48,949 nucleotides of DNA, taken from contig JAYUUN010000040.1 of assembly GCA_043754535.1 (NCBI GenBank), forward strand, positions 1 through 48,949, written 5' to 3'. The notes beneath the pieces are model-generated. The model was given only the letters and a program-made list of their open reading frames with translations. It did no database searches and was not told the origin of the DNA. The stretch is from Chloroflexota bacterium. GTDB lineage: Bacteria > Chloroflexota > Chloroflexia > QHBQ01. Made by a program: the position numbers and the translations under genes. This document shows, piece after piece, positions 48,247-48,949 of the stretch (position 1 is its first letter; each line of letters opens with the position of its first letter).

Positions 48247-48783
48247 TAACTCCAACGTAGGCGTGTGCTGGCCTACTTCGTTGTGGATCAACTTGACACT
48301 GTGTGGTAGCAGCGGCATGATCGCGCCAATGCACTCGCGCACTGCGTTCGGGCTGCCGGGCAGGTTGACGATCAACGTGCCACCGCGCTGCACTGCCACG
48401 CTGCGCGAAAGATAGCTGAGGATGGTGTACTGCGCCGTTCCCACCCGCATCAGTTCGCCGTAGCCGGGTACGATACGCTGGCCGACTGCCAGCGTTGCTT
48501 CGGGGGTCACATCGCGGGCGGTCAGGCCGGTGCCACCCGTAGTGAGGATCAGGTCTAGTTGTAGATCGTCGGCCCAGCGGATCAGGGTCGCCTCGATCTG
48601 TGCCTGCTCGTCTGGCACAACGGCGTACTGGGCGATAACCGCACCCGCCAGCCCCGCTACGATCTCGCGCTGGGCCTGCTGACCGCTAAGGTCATCGTTG
48701 TTTGGGTCGCTATGCCTGCTGTCGCTGACCGTCAACACGCCCACCTTGATCTGCTCGTCTCCACCATGCTCGTGCTTCATCAC
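48247..48783 (-). CDS. mog: Molybdopterin adenylyltransferase MogA/MoaB
   Basis: VLTVSD, DLSG, VVPDE, TTGGTGLTARDVTPEAT, SRSVA, NLPGSP. End given at TTA (48249-48247); the standard-code end is 48199, overlapping iscS. Confidence 0.92.
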
Positions 48784-48806
48784 ATCTCCTATAGTTGGGT
48801 TGGGGG

Positions 48807-48949
48807 CTAGGCTTTCTCGCCCAGCCGCCGTTCGGTGCCTTTGAGCAGGCGATCAATGTTGTCTTTGTGGGCGGCAATGACGAAGATGGGCAAGATGATG
48901 AAGAACAGGTAGAGCCAGTTGGCCTGTTGCAACAAGACCGCGATCAAGA
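48807..48949 (-). CDS. plsY: Glycerol-3-phosphate acyltransferase PlsY, C-terminal fragment
   Basis: Manual translation ..IFVIAAHKDNIDRLLKGTERRLGEKA* matches the PlsY C-terminal HxxNIxRLxxGxE motif. Confidence 0.85.
   Translation of the reverse strand, partial: LIAVLLQQANWLYLFFIILPIFVIAAHKDNIDRLLKGTERRLGEKA

Overview
Bacterial chromosomal segment, GC-rich (roughly 60-65% by eye), with about 40 genes. Gene content suggests Chloroflexota (inference): SLH-anchored secreted proteins with Thr/Pro linkers, an LPxTG protein, and a CIRCE-controlled hrcA-grpE-dnaK-dnaJ operon. In order: an SLH-anchored LTD/EEP nuclease, a decayed glycosidase-like gene, an MFS exporter, deoC plus an ALDH16-like dehydrogenase, a toxin-antitoxin remnant coupled to a SNF2-SWIM pair, a cobalamin-riboswitch-controlled ECF operon with transcobalamin-like surface modules, two signalling modules, an SLH-anchored FAD oxidoreductase, ABC and MFS exporters, the heat-shock operon, two SLH-anchored double cupredoxins, a DMT transporter, a methyltransferase, iscS, mog and partial plsY. 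The main signal is in the genetic code. My manual scan found no TTA codon inside any gene body. TTA does occur in frame at the expected C-terminus of one gene at each of the four convergent junctions (5966, 27727, 42377, 48247). One of these aligns exactly with a paralog's stop and is followed by an intrinsic terminator. This suggests UUA acts as a fourth stop codon (or is unassigned), which I know of only from a few mitochondria. The four affected CDS ends are given with TTA as stop, with the standard-code end noted.
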